Source: Octopus vulgaris (lineage: Eukaryota). From it: a stretch of 64,000 nucleotides of DNA. The translations under genes were made by a program, and so were the position numbers. Shown in pieces: positions 42,393 to 56,419 of this stretch (the stretch's first letter is position 1; every line of letters starts with the position of its first letter). Location: assembly GCA_951406725.2 (NCBI GenBank), contig OX597824.1:62558001-62622000 (forward strand), written 5' to 3'. The notes below the pieces were generated by a model, which saw only the letters and a list, made by a program, of their open reading frames with translations, was not told the DNA's origin and made no database searches.

Positions 42393-42899
42393 ATACTGTA
42401 CCGGTGTTACTTCTAACTTTTCACCAAACAATTCCTTTAACCTTTCTCCTCTCGCTCTTTCCAGAAGATCAGCTTTCAAACCTACATTGGTCTCGTTAGG
42501 TGACAATTTAATTCTAATTACATGCTTCATTTTCGCAATTGTTTTCTATCTTTACACTTTTTGTGTAGTGCATCATATTTCTTGTTTTCCTTTCGGTACC
42601 TCTCTCTGATTTTATTCACCAGTCTCTTCTACTGTTGCTGGTATTTCTATCTCTGTATGTCTCTCATTCTTTATTGTTATCATTTCTCTTTCATCTTCCT
42701 TTTTCTTCTGTACTTTCTTCTCCTTGCTGATTGTTGGTAAAGATTTCTGTCTTCGCTCCTCGATCCCTTCACTAACTTTTGTTGGCCTTTCATTTTTTAC
42801 TCTGCTCGTTCGCTTTCCCTTGTTCCAGGCTCTGCGCCTCCTTTTCTTTTATTCAAATACAACCGGGAATCATCTGACTCGACTACAACACCAATGTCC

Positions 42900-43230
42900 T
42901 CACAACGATTAGCCAGAGATGATTTTTAAAACGAGAATATCTGAAATAAACTCGACTCCTCTCACAAATGAGAATACTAAAAATGAAGCCGATCGCTCTT
43001 AAAAATTAAATTAAACAAAAAAAGAAAAAAGAATCCAGAATATTTGTCCGGTACTCAATCGATCTCAAAGTCTAATCAGTTTGTGCTAGTCACAAGACCA
43101 AACATCGCTTAAAGTTTCATCCGAATCCATTCAGCGGTTATTGAGATATCTTGTCTATGGACAAACAAAGAATCAAAGAAACACGACTAAAAAACAATAC
43201 CTCCGCCTTGGCGAAGATGGAGGTAATAAT
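42900..43230 (+). mobile_element. Helentron-associated (HINE/DINE-1-like) element
   Basis: aagtttcatccgaatccattcagcggttattgagatatc...acaaacaaa...aaaacaatacctcc, ending in hairpin tacctccgcctt/aagatggaggta followed by ataat. Confidence 0.65.
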
Positions 43231-45371
43231 AACCAGCTTGCTTCAAAAAGTATTTTATATAAAAAGAAATTTCTTATAGGAAGTTACTTGCATAAACATC
43301 ATTCATCAATCGGTAAATATTTTATGCAACACGATTCCCCAAAGACTATTCCTGGCTTTATAACACTTTAAACTATAAATGTAGACCAAAATAAATTTCC
43401 TGATGAATTTTTTTCCGTTCGTGTTGTTTTGTAAAATGTAATCAATAATGTCAAGCACTATTTGTAAGAAGTATATATATATATATATATACTCATTGCA
43501 ACCATGAAAAAGGGGCATTTAACTAAAATGTAAGAAAGACATATAGAACACAAATTAACATGTAAAAAAAACGGCCAAAGTTACAAAAATGATGTATAAA
43601 CATTTAGTTCTCTGACACCAAAAGTGAATGATACACTCTCATATATCATGTGTCCATACATTTTTGATATAGTTATCGGAAAGTGAGATTCTTTACAAAC
43701 AACAGAAACGAAGACTGTGAAAACGAACTTTAAGTTTGGCTTCATAATTACACGAGATTACACCAAGTTTTATGCAATGACTTAAACCATATGATGATAT
43801 TAACAAGATCAAACAGGAAATTTAAAGATACATTCCGTGCATCATTATTAGTATAGAGTTAGGTGGAATTGCACAATGCAGAATAGGTTATAGGTAGGTT
43901 TACCGGTCCTTTAGTAAATGCAAGGCTATATTGGAAGCTATAATTTGGCATCTTCCAAAGGATGAAGATAACACAACTCCCTTGATATTATCTGAAGGGG
44001 ATACATGAAACTGATACGCTAAATCATTGAATAATGTGGGTTTGTAACAGTCTCCTGGAGCTGAGTGATAGAACGCATATCCGTTTTGGCTGCTTGTGGA
44101 GGAAGAGTATTATATATTACTAATATGTCTAAGTAAGTATATGTGCAAATAAATCTGCCTAATTGTACATTCATGAATATATCTGCATATTATTCTACAG
44201 AAAATGCAGAAACGTCTTGGCCTAAATCTTTGCAACGTATGTTTAAATTACCATAGCTATTGTAAATATATATCCTCCTAACATTAATGCTTTATATGCA
44301 TTGGTGTATTAGTGTTCTACACACGAATGCATATGCACACCCAACCAAACACTCCCCAAACACACAAACACAATACTCAGGGACAATCTTTTAGTATAAT
44401 GTATAATGACTTCAAACGTTCATTTCTTATAATTGATTCAATAATGAAAGCTTTGATTTTCAGATCCCGCTTTACAACTTGACTATTATTGCTTGATCAA
44501 AATTTATATCATAGATAAAACAGACCGCATTTATGATTTTGGCATTTCTCTATCATATTTGTTCCGATTGCAATTGCATACATATATTGTTCACTTATTA
44601 TATACATTGTTTCTCATTGAAGAATAATTAGTTATTGGCATAAGAATGACTGTTATCAATTTTTCAGTAATTTAAATTTGTAATTGTTTTTTTTTTCATA
44701 TACAGTGTTCGATTTTTTCATAGATCAAGTGAGCATCTTATTTGTCGAAATGTATTTATTGAATGAATTCAATGAGATCTATCTGACCAATACCTGATCG
44801 TATGTTCACGACAGTAAAAAAGCATTTACAGCTCAAATCTAATTAAAAGTTTTCGCCGGTATGCCAATTATGATTTGTATGATAAGTTAAATCTTTGAGA
44901 AAATGAAAAACATAATTTCTGGATGTGTGCAAAGATGTGAAGATTATAAAGTTTATGCTTTGCTGTGAATATTTCAGTCTGATATCTATACAGAAAATAT
45001 AGTCAGACGTGATTTGTGCATATTTGCACCAACAGAGAATTTTCACTGAAAGTGAACTGAAGTCTGGATAACCCACCATGATTTACAATGCAACGTGATG
45101 TAAATTGTAATCTGTGAGTGAACTTGTTCGAAAAGGTTGAACTGCTTTTTTTGTGCAACAGTAGTCACATCATAGGTTCAGCAGCTGTTGATTTAAGAAG
45201 ACCTTTATAGCTGGACGTATCTAGCATGTGATATAATTTTTCTACTACAATATATGTAAGTGGGCAATTATGCATAAAATTTCACCAAAATAGTCACTAT
45301 TTTGGTAAAATTATATGGATAAAGGTTAAACAATTGTAATATCAAGGTTAAAAAATTGCACTTGCAATATT

Positions 45372-46671
45372 ACAGTTGTCGACAAAATAAAACTTTTATT
45401 TTCTGACAAAATCTTAGAGTTCTTTTAGATTAATTTTTGGGTGCTGATTCCAAAAGTAACCTCAAACTTGCTTTATCACATCACATTTTACTGCATTGGT
45501 ATATATTTTTATTTACCTGGAACATACCAAAATTTAACTTTACACTACTATTTACGGGAACTTTGGCTGGATTGTCATACTAAGTTTGAATATGTTCAGG
45601 CTGAATTTTGATTTAAGACCTTCCTCTTCTCTTCAGGTGTGAATTGAACCACTGTGATCTAGTTATGGATACAACATCAAAAAGAAGGACGTGCTGTAAT
45701 GTTCCTGATATCTTCTGTTACGTTTGTGGATACTTCGCTCTACGTGCTGAAAGGTGCAGCATTAATATCTTTATCAAGGTGTACCTTGCTTACTTTAAAG
45801 TAACACTTGGAGACGAGGACAAAACCTGGGTTCCCCACAAAGTTTGCAGAACCTGTGTTGAAACTTGGTGTGATGAAGCAATTCATCAAAGCTCTTGACC
45901 ACTGTGTCGACTGTTTCAGATATAAATGCCAAGTCTCAATGACAAGATGGTAGGAATATTTGATGGACATCAAATAAGAACACAGCTTGGGGATCCACAT
46001 TGTGTTACAACAATGAGTGCAGTGGATGCTAGTGCTTGTAAAGCCTTATCTGATGTAGTGTGGAATATTCTGAGGAAGAGGAAAGCTGACGACTATCAAG
46101 AGATTGTCGAGGAGCTGTTCTTGAGTTTGTAAGCACTTGCATGTAGAATGAACGTTAAATTGCACTACTTACACAGTCACGTGGGTGGATTTCCAGAGAA
46201 CTTGAGTGATGTTAGCGGAGAACAAAGTGGAGACTTTCATCAAGATGTAAAAGTATTAGAAATGGGACTTAAATATGGTGGCAGATTACTGCTGGAGCTT
46301 GAAAAGAGATATTCCAGAAGATTTGCACAAGAGATAACATAAAAAAACAGGTAATTCTTTCAGTAATAAGATGATCAGAATGTCCACGTACGGTTCCATA
46401 TCCAAACACAATGAATAGAGATTTTGTATTCATATTTTATCACCAAGTCGAATTGTTACATGCTAATGTTCATTTACTCCCACAAAGTTTTGATTTATTA
46501 GATTAAAAAGTAAGACATGTCTATTAAATTTTTAAAGTTCTTCCTCTATGAGCATTACATAATTATTTCCAGCAAAACTAAAAGATTTTATATCTCAAAA
46601 AAGCTGTTGTAGACAAAGTTTCGAATTCAGTACCCCCAAATTAGCTGAAAACCATTGATAAACCTTGTGCC
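45372..46671 (+). pseudogene. Internally deleted Chapaev3-like DNA transposon
   Basis: CCNVPDIFCYVCG, YFKVTLGDEDKTWVPHKVCRTC, GIFDGHQIR, MNVKLHYLHSH..FPENLSDVSGEQSGDFHQDV; subterminal tgggtgctgattc / gaattcagtacccc. Confidence 0.8.
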
Positions 46672-49600
46672 AGAAAATATGTTGACCAGTATTATGAGGT
46701 ATTTTATCACTTCCACCCTCCTCACAGACCCACAATTCAAAGCTTTAATGTTACAACACCCAAAAGAAGAAAGTAAAGTGGTTAACTCGACATCGACTTT
46801 TGACAAGTACTTTCATTATCGAAGCCGAAATGTAGAAATTTAATGAATACTGCATCAGCAATTGAGCACAGGGCAAAAATAGTAGTAACTATTATTCACT
46901 TAACTACCTTAAAGCTCTCAGTATTTTACTGAATTTGCTAATTAATACATTTTACTATGCACTTAATATGAATTAATACGACGCGTAAGCTCATGTTAAT
47001 CTTTGTCGAATAAAAAAAAAGATTGCACAAAATACCATTAAATGCCATTACATCTTATGTAAGCGTAAAAGGAAATCTAACAATTAGCATTTATCACTCG
47101 GCTAAAACTTTCAAGAAAATAATTTAGGTATAGAAGTACAATTTTGTCATATACACGACATGCAAATTTAAGTTAAATCTCTTTAGTTTTTATGTCATAA
47201 AATTTATAGTGCAAAAAATTATAATTCGTGATACTTTCTATACACTGTATTTTGCTCAGTTTTATATACACGTTAAATATAGTTCAAATTATTTTGGGGA
47301 TTTTGTTATAGCTGATAACTTGTTGCTCTTGGCAATTCTTGTATTTATTTGTCTAGTGGCATCAGAGAATTTCATGGCTACCATGAAATTCTCTTCGTTT
47401 TATACATTCTGTGAATGACGCTAATTCTTTAGATTGTGTGTTCGTCACTGCAATTTTTATTGCTTAAGATTTAACAATTTTCTCTGCATAATCTCTATTT
47501 CTGAAGTCATGTCCGATTACTCCTGCGATATGTTCGTTTCTATAACTAGGTTCCGGCGAAGATAATCCCCTAATCATGCCAATTTGTTACCAAGAACGTG
47601 TCATTTCACATCCTCTCCAATAATCTTGGAAGTGGTTTACTATATCTGTTCGACAGCATGATTCCTAAGAACTTTTAATTACCTATGATCTTGCCTCCAT
47701 TAAATGCGAAGGATCCAGCTTAATGTGACATAACATTTACTCTGGTAATGTATTCTAGCTAATCAATAATAATTGACAAATTTATAGTGAACGCGATGAA
47801 ATATTTATGGGAATTCATTTTCGTCACTTTCCCTGCTTTCACTTCGAAAACAACATGTATTATATAATGTTGTATAAAACCGGATCAGAAAACATGATTA
47901 AACTTGCTTCAATCAAATATACCTCCGAATAGATTGACCTTGACCCTAATCCATGAAAGTTATGTTGAAAAAATTGGTTTCATAGTATAAATGGTTTACG
48001 CCGTATATTATCGCAAGCATGTCTCCGGGAATCATGAACCTTGCCGTGATTGCCAGAAATGTTAGTCGTTGTAGGAGATATACAACAAAATCCTGAAATA
48101 TATAATTGTGTTGACCCAATAAATTATTTCGTCTATTCTATATGGTACTTGGTTGTCTAGTCCGAACAATTTAATATTGTAATTCCATGAAAGATCAATA
48201 TTAAAACGAAATGTCTTGTGCTGTGCAGCACGTACATGTGAACATTTAAATCTATATAAAATAATATCTATAAGCATATATGCATGTATAAATGTATGTA
48301 CGTAATATATAAAATATATCTAACATAGCATAATACATATACATATATATGCATGCATGAATGCATACATACATATATACATACACACATGCATGTGAGG
48401 TACTAGGAAGAAGGGAAAGAGTTAGACAGTGAAGAACATATCAAGAGAAAATACCAGAAAACAACTGACATATATGTGACTGTTACATTTAATTGTTTTG
48501 ACATATTGGTGTAACTTTGCTTGAAAGAAAAACAGTAATGTGAACATGCAAATATGTTTTTCGATGCACACAGACACAGACACACATGTATATATATGAA
48601 CAAGGCTAAAGGAATGTAAGGTTAATTGAAAATTCAATTTCTCTTTCTATTTTGGTTAGCTCTGTGTCACTGAATACATAATAAATTTTCTCATTACTCA
48701 AGCAATGCTACAAATGCCACTCGTTACTTTTCATCATAATTAGACTTTCATTGAACAAAAATCTATCCGTTGTAAACGTTAGCTGTACGTTACTACACAG
48801 TGTCTTGTTATAAACGAACGGATATTAGCAAATACTTTTCGGAGCAGCACTTATTACATTGAAGTGCTCGCGAACAGGTTGCGTTACAAATTTCAAAAAG
48901 GATCCAACGTGAGATCTAATATAACATAATATTTTTAAAATTAGAAATATTTGTTCAAAAATTTATTTAAAGCATTAGAATTATTAATTACTAAGAACAA
49001 AATCATTATTAATTAGGATAATTCATTAAGCGTATGTAGTATAAATGAACTCGATAAATTATCATCGGCAGAGAAACAATCTCACAAATATTAATTATAT
49101 TTCCGTAGATTTCAACACGCTCGGAACTAAGAGATTGATTACTAAATGAATAAGATTTGTTCGATAAACATTTTGTTTTTGTACTATTTATGGCAACAGA
49201 TATAATCATCATTTCCTGAATCAATTAAACATTAAAATGTTATTTGTATTAAATTTCCTAAAATAATGGATTACACATGTTGAAAACTAAAGAAGTAATA
49301 TAATTTACTACTGATATGCAATGTATTCTTCTCGATGTATATATTTCTATATGTATATTTGTGTATTATATTATTCATGCCACTTTTCCGGTGTTATTGA
49401 AACATTTACTAAGGTTTTGTTTTTCTAACAAAGACCAAAATTGCTACATATTTACTTAGGGGGTTAATGTTAGCATAATATATACAAACTCATTAAAGGC
49501 GGGCATAAATTGGTAAAAAGCAGTTAAATAATATTGTTTAATATCTTTTCAAACAGTTATCGCCCGTAAACAAATTTATAGATATAATAGCTGTCACATT

Positions 49601-49989
49601 GAATCACAACTAAAATCAGCCTCATTCTCCGTCAATCTACTAATTTTATGAGGATTTATACCATTTATAAACCGCCACATTACCAAATGTAGAAGTATAT
49701 AACCCGTTTGACAGAATTCTGCGTGTCACTCCACAGTATTTTTCAGATCATCACAGAATGAATTTGGGAAAAAAATGACATTGATTTCTCAGATTAATTT
49801 GTTCTTATTTTTCGTTTTACGAAGACATACATTCATAAACCTAATATAGAATGGGTCCCTTCCACCAAATCCACATTTGTACAGTATTGGCACTTATTTC
49901 AACCACAACAAAATGCTGATTGAAGAATCTGAATTCATAATTTTCCAATCCTTTACAGATATTGTATCGACCGAGAGGAATCGTAAATA

Positions 49990-50203
49990 AATATTGGTTT
50001 CAAATTTTAACTCCAGTAATGTAAGTCCAGGGAAGGGGTTAAGTCGGTGGCATCAATCCCAGTACTTGCCTGATACGTATCTTATCTACGCTAAAAGGGT
50101 AAATGTCAATCTCTGTGAAATTTGAAGTCAGATTGTAAAGATGGACGAAATGCCGCTAAGCAGTTTACCCGACGTGCTAACGATTCTGCCAGCTCGCCGC
50201 CTT
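49990..50203 (-). mobile_element. SINE family A
   Basis: gacgaaatgccgctaagca...gtgctaacgattctgccagctcgccgcctt. Confidence 0.85.
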
Positions 50204-53200
50204 AGTCGTAAATTAAAATTAATAAAATTTTGACAGTTGGAGTTTGTATATCCTCGGGTGTAGACTTTTATCATTCTCAGGTCGATACATTTTGCAGCCG
50301 TTCACTTATTAGGATCAAAAGGATTGACTGTACCACTAGTGTTTACGATGGATAGAGCGAGGATTGAAAAATAGGGGACTAATCATTATGATTAATGAAT
50401 TTAAGATGGCGTGTAAATGCAATATCTATTCTCCATAAAATTGTCGTGAAGGTGATATTTTCACAATGTTTTGCGACAAAATTATATTTCTCTTTCTCTA
50501 TCTCTCTCTCTCTATCTATCTATTCATCTATCTATCTCACTCATATTATGAGTTATGTTTTTGCAACAAATCAATATTATTCGGGTTGTATGTGTGAAAG
50601 ATTTTCACAAAGGAACATTTCGATAGAAATATTTACTCCATTAGCTTTCAAAATTTGAATGACTCTCGTAGAATATGATGAAGGTATTCCAAATATATTT
50701 AGAGCTCACAAATGAAAATCGAAACTGAGAAACGTAAGAAAATAATGCCAACTAGATATATTATTTCTTCATCATTAATAAATATACAATCGGATTCCAT
50801 GTTTGTTAGTATATGAAGTTCAGAAAATAACCCGCCCGCAAAAAAAAAAAGAAAAAATACTTGTCGGTATCAACACTTTTCCTTTCTCTTCGAATATTTT
50901 CTGGTTTATATATGGTAATGAGAACCTTTCCTGAAATATTATCAAACCATTAAGCAACATATGCAAGGTAATGTAATATTTTCTCATATGGCATGAAGTC
51001 ATATATTATTTTTATAATAAAGCTACAAACTTTATTATCTACTATTATTGTTCAGTAATTAGATAATCGTCTGCATTCCAAATAAAATATTCATGTTGCC
51101 TTAACACATTTAGCTTTTGTACAAAACGAGAGATATAAATGCCCATGATACACATAAATTACATGAATACTTGACATGGATAATTGTAAACAGCAAACGA
51201 GTTTATCTGATGTATATGAAAATAATTCGACAAGCATAAACTTTCCTCCGATTACTTTTAATACTATCAGAATAATCGTCACTCTATCGTAATTCCTTTT
51301 TTCGGTTTTTCGAGTATAAAAAATGAGCAGTTCTTTCATCCTTTACGAAGTAAATAAAGGAGAATCATCATTGGATTCTTTTCTATTTGCGTTCATGTAA
51401 GTTTCATATGGAAACAAGCAGCATAGAATCTAATGCTATGTGGTTCAATAAATATTCCAGTATAGTTTACTAACATACTTTTTATAACTATAATTCGAAT
51501 GAGTATTTCAGATCATCGCAGCTATTCCCTCAGTTAATCTAAATCATTGAAACAAATGTTTTTATTACAGACCCAGAAGACTTTAATCAATCAATACATC
51601 TATGTAAACATATGTCTTTTTTTTCAAAACGGAATAAACTTAAAGCGAAAGTAACTGAGAAACCGTCGTTATTATTACTGTTCAGTCGTGTAAATTTTAT
51701 TGCGTGATTTTACTGCACAACCGAGAGACGTTCAACGCCCATCGAGTATGTGCTGGCTTTACTTTGGCATATTTGTTTTCAGTTGTAATCATAGTCGTCT
51801 ACATAATATCCGTGCAGTTCTTACTATTGTTTTTATTTTCTGTATAAATTATATATGCGTAAATGTTTGTTTCGTGAGAGCGTATTATGAACTTTTTCAT
51901 TTGCATCAAATTATATTCATTCCTAAATTATCTTCTTTTATAGAGGGAATTTTCTGTTTTCATTTCACACATTCTGGTTTCCTCTATCAACATATCATTA
52001 TGTATAGATAATTCATTGCATCTTATTACAAATAGGTTTCGTATTATGTGAATGATACTGCGGCCAAAAGTTACTTCCTTTCCGAGTTGTTTACTTGACA
52101 ATAATGTCTAATCCATTTTTATGTTTAGATAGACATATTGTGTGAGCAATTTGCCATTCTCTGGCACTGTTTTCAGAGCACCTACAATCTCGTTTATGCC
52201 GTTATATCAGACAATAGATTTTACTTTCAATGTATGGAATCTCAAATATATATATATTCTTTATCAGTTGAAAAATTAGGTAACGAAAAATAAACAACGA
52301 GATTTAAAATGTTATTGTCAGTTTCCACACATTCTGCAATTACTTGAAAATTGGTAATTTCTGGAATGTGGGTTCTGATATTGCACGGCAAACAAAACCT
52401 GTTGGTTTCATCTTGAAACTCTAGGCGTCTCAGACAGTACCAATATTCTCAGTTGTCTATGTCTAACTTGTAGGGACTGTTTTTGATAGTGTGTTAAGAT
52501 AAGAATATAAGGCCTAAGTCAGTTCACTTTTAGACCTCTCACAACTTCTGTTGCTGTTGATCCTTTCTCCTCGTAATTGTTTATTAGTTTCGTGTCACTT
52601 TTGTATTGGGTTCTTCACCTGAAACTGCAAGAACTATATTTTATCTTTCGATTTGGCCCAGAATAAAATTTAATAGCTCTTTGTAATAGCTTTCCATAGT
52701 TCTTTAGACGTTGTTTGTGATCTTATCGTGAACTTGTACAATTTCAAGTTGCTGATGACCTCTACATCCCTATTTTCATTGTAAATGTACTACTTTGCCG
52801 TATTCATCTAATCTGCGCATAGTTATTATAGCTATTACTAGTACAGCGGGAACACTGATATCTATATATTTAGCTATATTTTAACTATTAATTTAAAAGG
52901 CATATTACTTCTATCATTTCCATTTCCATGTGTTCTGCACTGTGCAGATATGTGTAATTATATCTTTGTTCTAATTCCTTTCAATCTATTACCTTTTTGA
53001 GCATGATATTAATGTTAATAAGCTTCTTCCCTTGGCACATTTGTCACTCTTCAATCTCAGAAACTCCTCTATTAAATCTGTTTCCCATCTATAATAGTGT
53101 TTGCACCGTACAACATAATGTTGGCCACAGACAAAAGAACGTTGATTGCGAATCCTTAACAATTTTATGGGAGACCGAGTCTAGTATAGCGAACTTCTTG

Positions 53201-54035
53201 GTAAAAGAATTAAGGGTAAGTTGACAAATTAATATAGGAAAGTGACATTTCTTAGAATATTGCCTTTCTCTTATATTTTCTGTGTACAAAATTGTTTATT
53301 TACAATGTAATTTATATCTCCTCTGAATCATGAACGCTGTCAAAATCCATTTCTGTCAACATGGGAGTTATCGGTGAAAACAGATAAGGTATTGAGATGT
53401 GGAACTCTATGAAAACGCTTTAAGACAAACGTAATTATCTGTAAATTAGTACATTTGTGGAAAGAGGTAATTTATTCTGTGGATAAATTTACTTTTGTGA
53501 TGGTAGGCGTGACAAATATTCAAATCAGAAAATCGAGCATTTGAATATGTTTTTATGAGATCATACCTAGCATGTAATTTCTGTTCAAAAGAAAATCTGC
53601 TGACCTAGTAGCACAAAGATAAGATGCTTAGTTTTTCCATCAAAGTATATGTAAATTTCTGGTCATTTTACGTATTGCCTCGTCATATTCTATTATCGTC
53701 GTTGAATGGCTCACAATAACATGTCAGAAATCAAATACAAGGATGCTAGTTTGCATCGTGGTCACCGATAACTAATAACATCCTTTTTAACATTGGTTAT
53801 TATAATTTGCAGCTTGGGGATTAGTAATTTGTATTCTTCTTAAGTTTAGGTGCGTTACATATTTCTTTGCCTGTTAGATGATTTTAATATTTCTCTTGCA
53901 TACTTGTTCTTTTTACTTCAAGCAGAACACCGTTCATCTCTTGGTCAACCACTATGGAAGTGCTACTGCTCCACCAAACAATGTTGCTCTGTAATCAATT
54001 TATGGCAACAACCGAACTAGTTTGCTCAAACTCCC

Positions 54036-54092
<57 letters not shown>

Positions 54093-54095
<3 letters not shown>

Positions 54096-55090
54096 CTTTT
54101 TTTCCTCTTCTTTCAAATTTGCTTCCATTTCTTGCCGAGTGTCTTCCCGACTCCTAGGGCAAAGAAACTCATAGTATACATTGGTAGACCATTAAACTAA
54201 ACTCACTAATTCGTTAATTTTAGGGATTTCTGCGCTTGTTGTGACAGTTCTCAAGGATCATACGATTAATTAGCAGTTGATCTTTGCATCCGTATGAGCC
54301 TCGGCGGCACCCTTTTTGTTCAATGGGGAAAATATCGTTCTTCTCCATGAATGCATATGTTTTCTCCGCCAGGATACATGTTAGGATTTTATACGTGGTG
54401 GATAGACAGGTTATAGGCCTATAGTTTTTGGAAGGTTGGTTTCGTTATTCTTTGGGAGTAGGTAAGTAATACCACTTGCTAACCATTCAGGTGTTTTCTT
54501 TGGGTCTCTCATAATTCCATTGAGCAGCTGAACTAGCTTACGGTATGCGCATGGGAGCGATGCGAGCCAGAAATTCGGCACCCTATCTTTACCGGGGGAT
54601 TTCCAATTATGGGCCTTCGTGAGTGCCTTTCTTAGGTCTGCTATTGTGATGTCTTCCCATTGTTGTTGTAAATTTTGGTAGGATCCTTCTGTTTGTATAA
54701 TCCAGTCTGCATTTATGTTGTACGTCTTCTTGTCACTCCAAATCATTTTCCAAAAGTTTTGAACTTCTTCCATGGGAGGGGGGTCTTTAACGGTTACTTT
54801 CTCCTTCCCTATTTCTCTGTAGAATTTTTTGGCATTGGATGTGAACAGCTTATTTTGCTTGTAAAACTTGTTTCTCTTCTCAAATGTTCGTATTCTTTGG
54901 GCTTTTGCTTGAACTTTTTGTTTCAGCGTTTCTTTCATTGATATCAGTTCTTCTCTTGGTGAGGATCCAAATTTTCTCTTCATCTTTCTTCCTGTTCTGG
55001 ATCTTATATCATTTCCACATGTTAGTTCATTTAATATTGATATTTCCCTTCTCATAAATTCAATCTCTTTTTCAATTTTACTTCTCCAGG
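54093..55090 (-). pseudogene. R4/Dong-like fragment: pre-RT region fused directly to 3'UTR
   Basis: [38 protein letters not shown]; 54093-54170 matches the 3'UTR at 37030-37105; (TTA)n at 54037-54093. Confidence 0.88.
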
Positions 55091-55091
55091 T

Positions 55092-55194
55092 TTATATATA
55101 TTTATGTATATATTGTTTTATTTGAGGATGGTCAGAGCACGAGAGCGCACGAAGAAGGGAAGTGTCACTGAGGAGGTCACAAATGTATAACTAA
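55092..55194 (+). repeat. 103-bp direct repeat, copy 1
   Basis: Matches 57630-57732 with 2 mismatches. Confidence 0.93.
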
Positions 55195-56371
55195 TATGAT
55201 TTTGTCCAGAAATCACATCTACAAAATTTCAAGTTCCTCCCATCCTCACTGCATTTTCTTAATTTGAAACTTTTTCGAATTTTATATATATATATATATA
55301 TTATTTTATTTTATTTTTTTATCTACGTAGAAAAATACAGAGAATCTGGGAAATACATATATTGTTATAGTTTAATTATTCTTAATGAAACACTCAGAAT
55401 ATATTCCCCCACCTCGCCTATCCATCGGTTTCACTTTTGCATTATGTTTCTCGCATGCGTATAATTCTACTGAAATAGGAGACTTAAAAATCCAAAACCA
55501 CCACCAGAAGACCCGGTATGTTAGAAACAACAGGTAAAGGACATTATATCTGAAGAAACGTCCCCGCTTTCCACAAAGCTAAACGTGAAATATTGGAAGT
55601 GTGCAACTTTTTTACAGTGATGAGGTGATGGGTAAAATTCGTAAAGATTCGTACTCACTGTTTTTTCTCCATGGATTACCAAGAAAAAAATATTTGAAAA
55701 AAGTAAAAAGTGAATTTTGTGTGGAGAGGGAGAAAATAAAAAATATTGAGGATGAAATCCTAATCTCCTGTACCGTAAAAATAGGAATCTGAAGAAATTT
55801 AGGAAAAGAATAAGGTGAGTGAGCGGAAATTTCACCTCGGACATGCTAGAAAAAAGAGGTAAAGGACACGATTTCCGGAAAAACTTTATGAGAAAACTTT
55901 CTTTTAAGTTTATATCGATGATCAGGTTTTTAAATACGTTTATCACAAACACAAATTACGCAATAGAAAAGGATTATTTCAATTGGATGTGAGCTTTAAA
56001 TTAACTCGTGCACACTGCAAGTAATAACATAATTCGCACAGAAGTTTTACCTAGAGTGTGTCCGTGTGTGTTTGTTTGTGTGCGTGTGTGTATGTGTTTG
56101 TGTATGTGTGTGTGTGTGAAAGGAAGTTGTTTTATGGTATCCGTTCGTTTAAGGAAGCAAAGTTGTCAAATCGACATATATGGGATCCTATGATTATTCG
56201 TTAATTTCCGTAAAATTATTTTAATTTCTTTATACATCGGAGAGAGCAGAAATTGAGAGAGAGGATAAAATGAATAAGCGGCATTTGCTTTGACGTGAGA
56301 GGTGAAAGAGAAAGAGAGGAGAAAGGGAATGATGTACGTCAATATAAAATGGACGCGTGTGTGTGTGCATG

Positions 56372-56419
<48 letters not shown>

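Noticed and set aside
44840-45120. Possible P/THAP9-like transposase C-terminal remnant (NHGGL)
   Set aside because: Single short motif; too weak.
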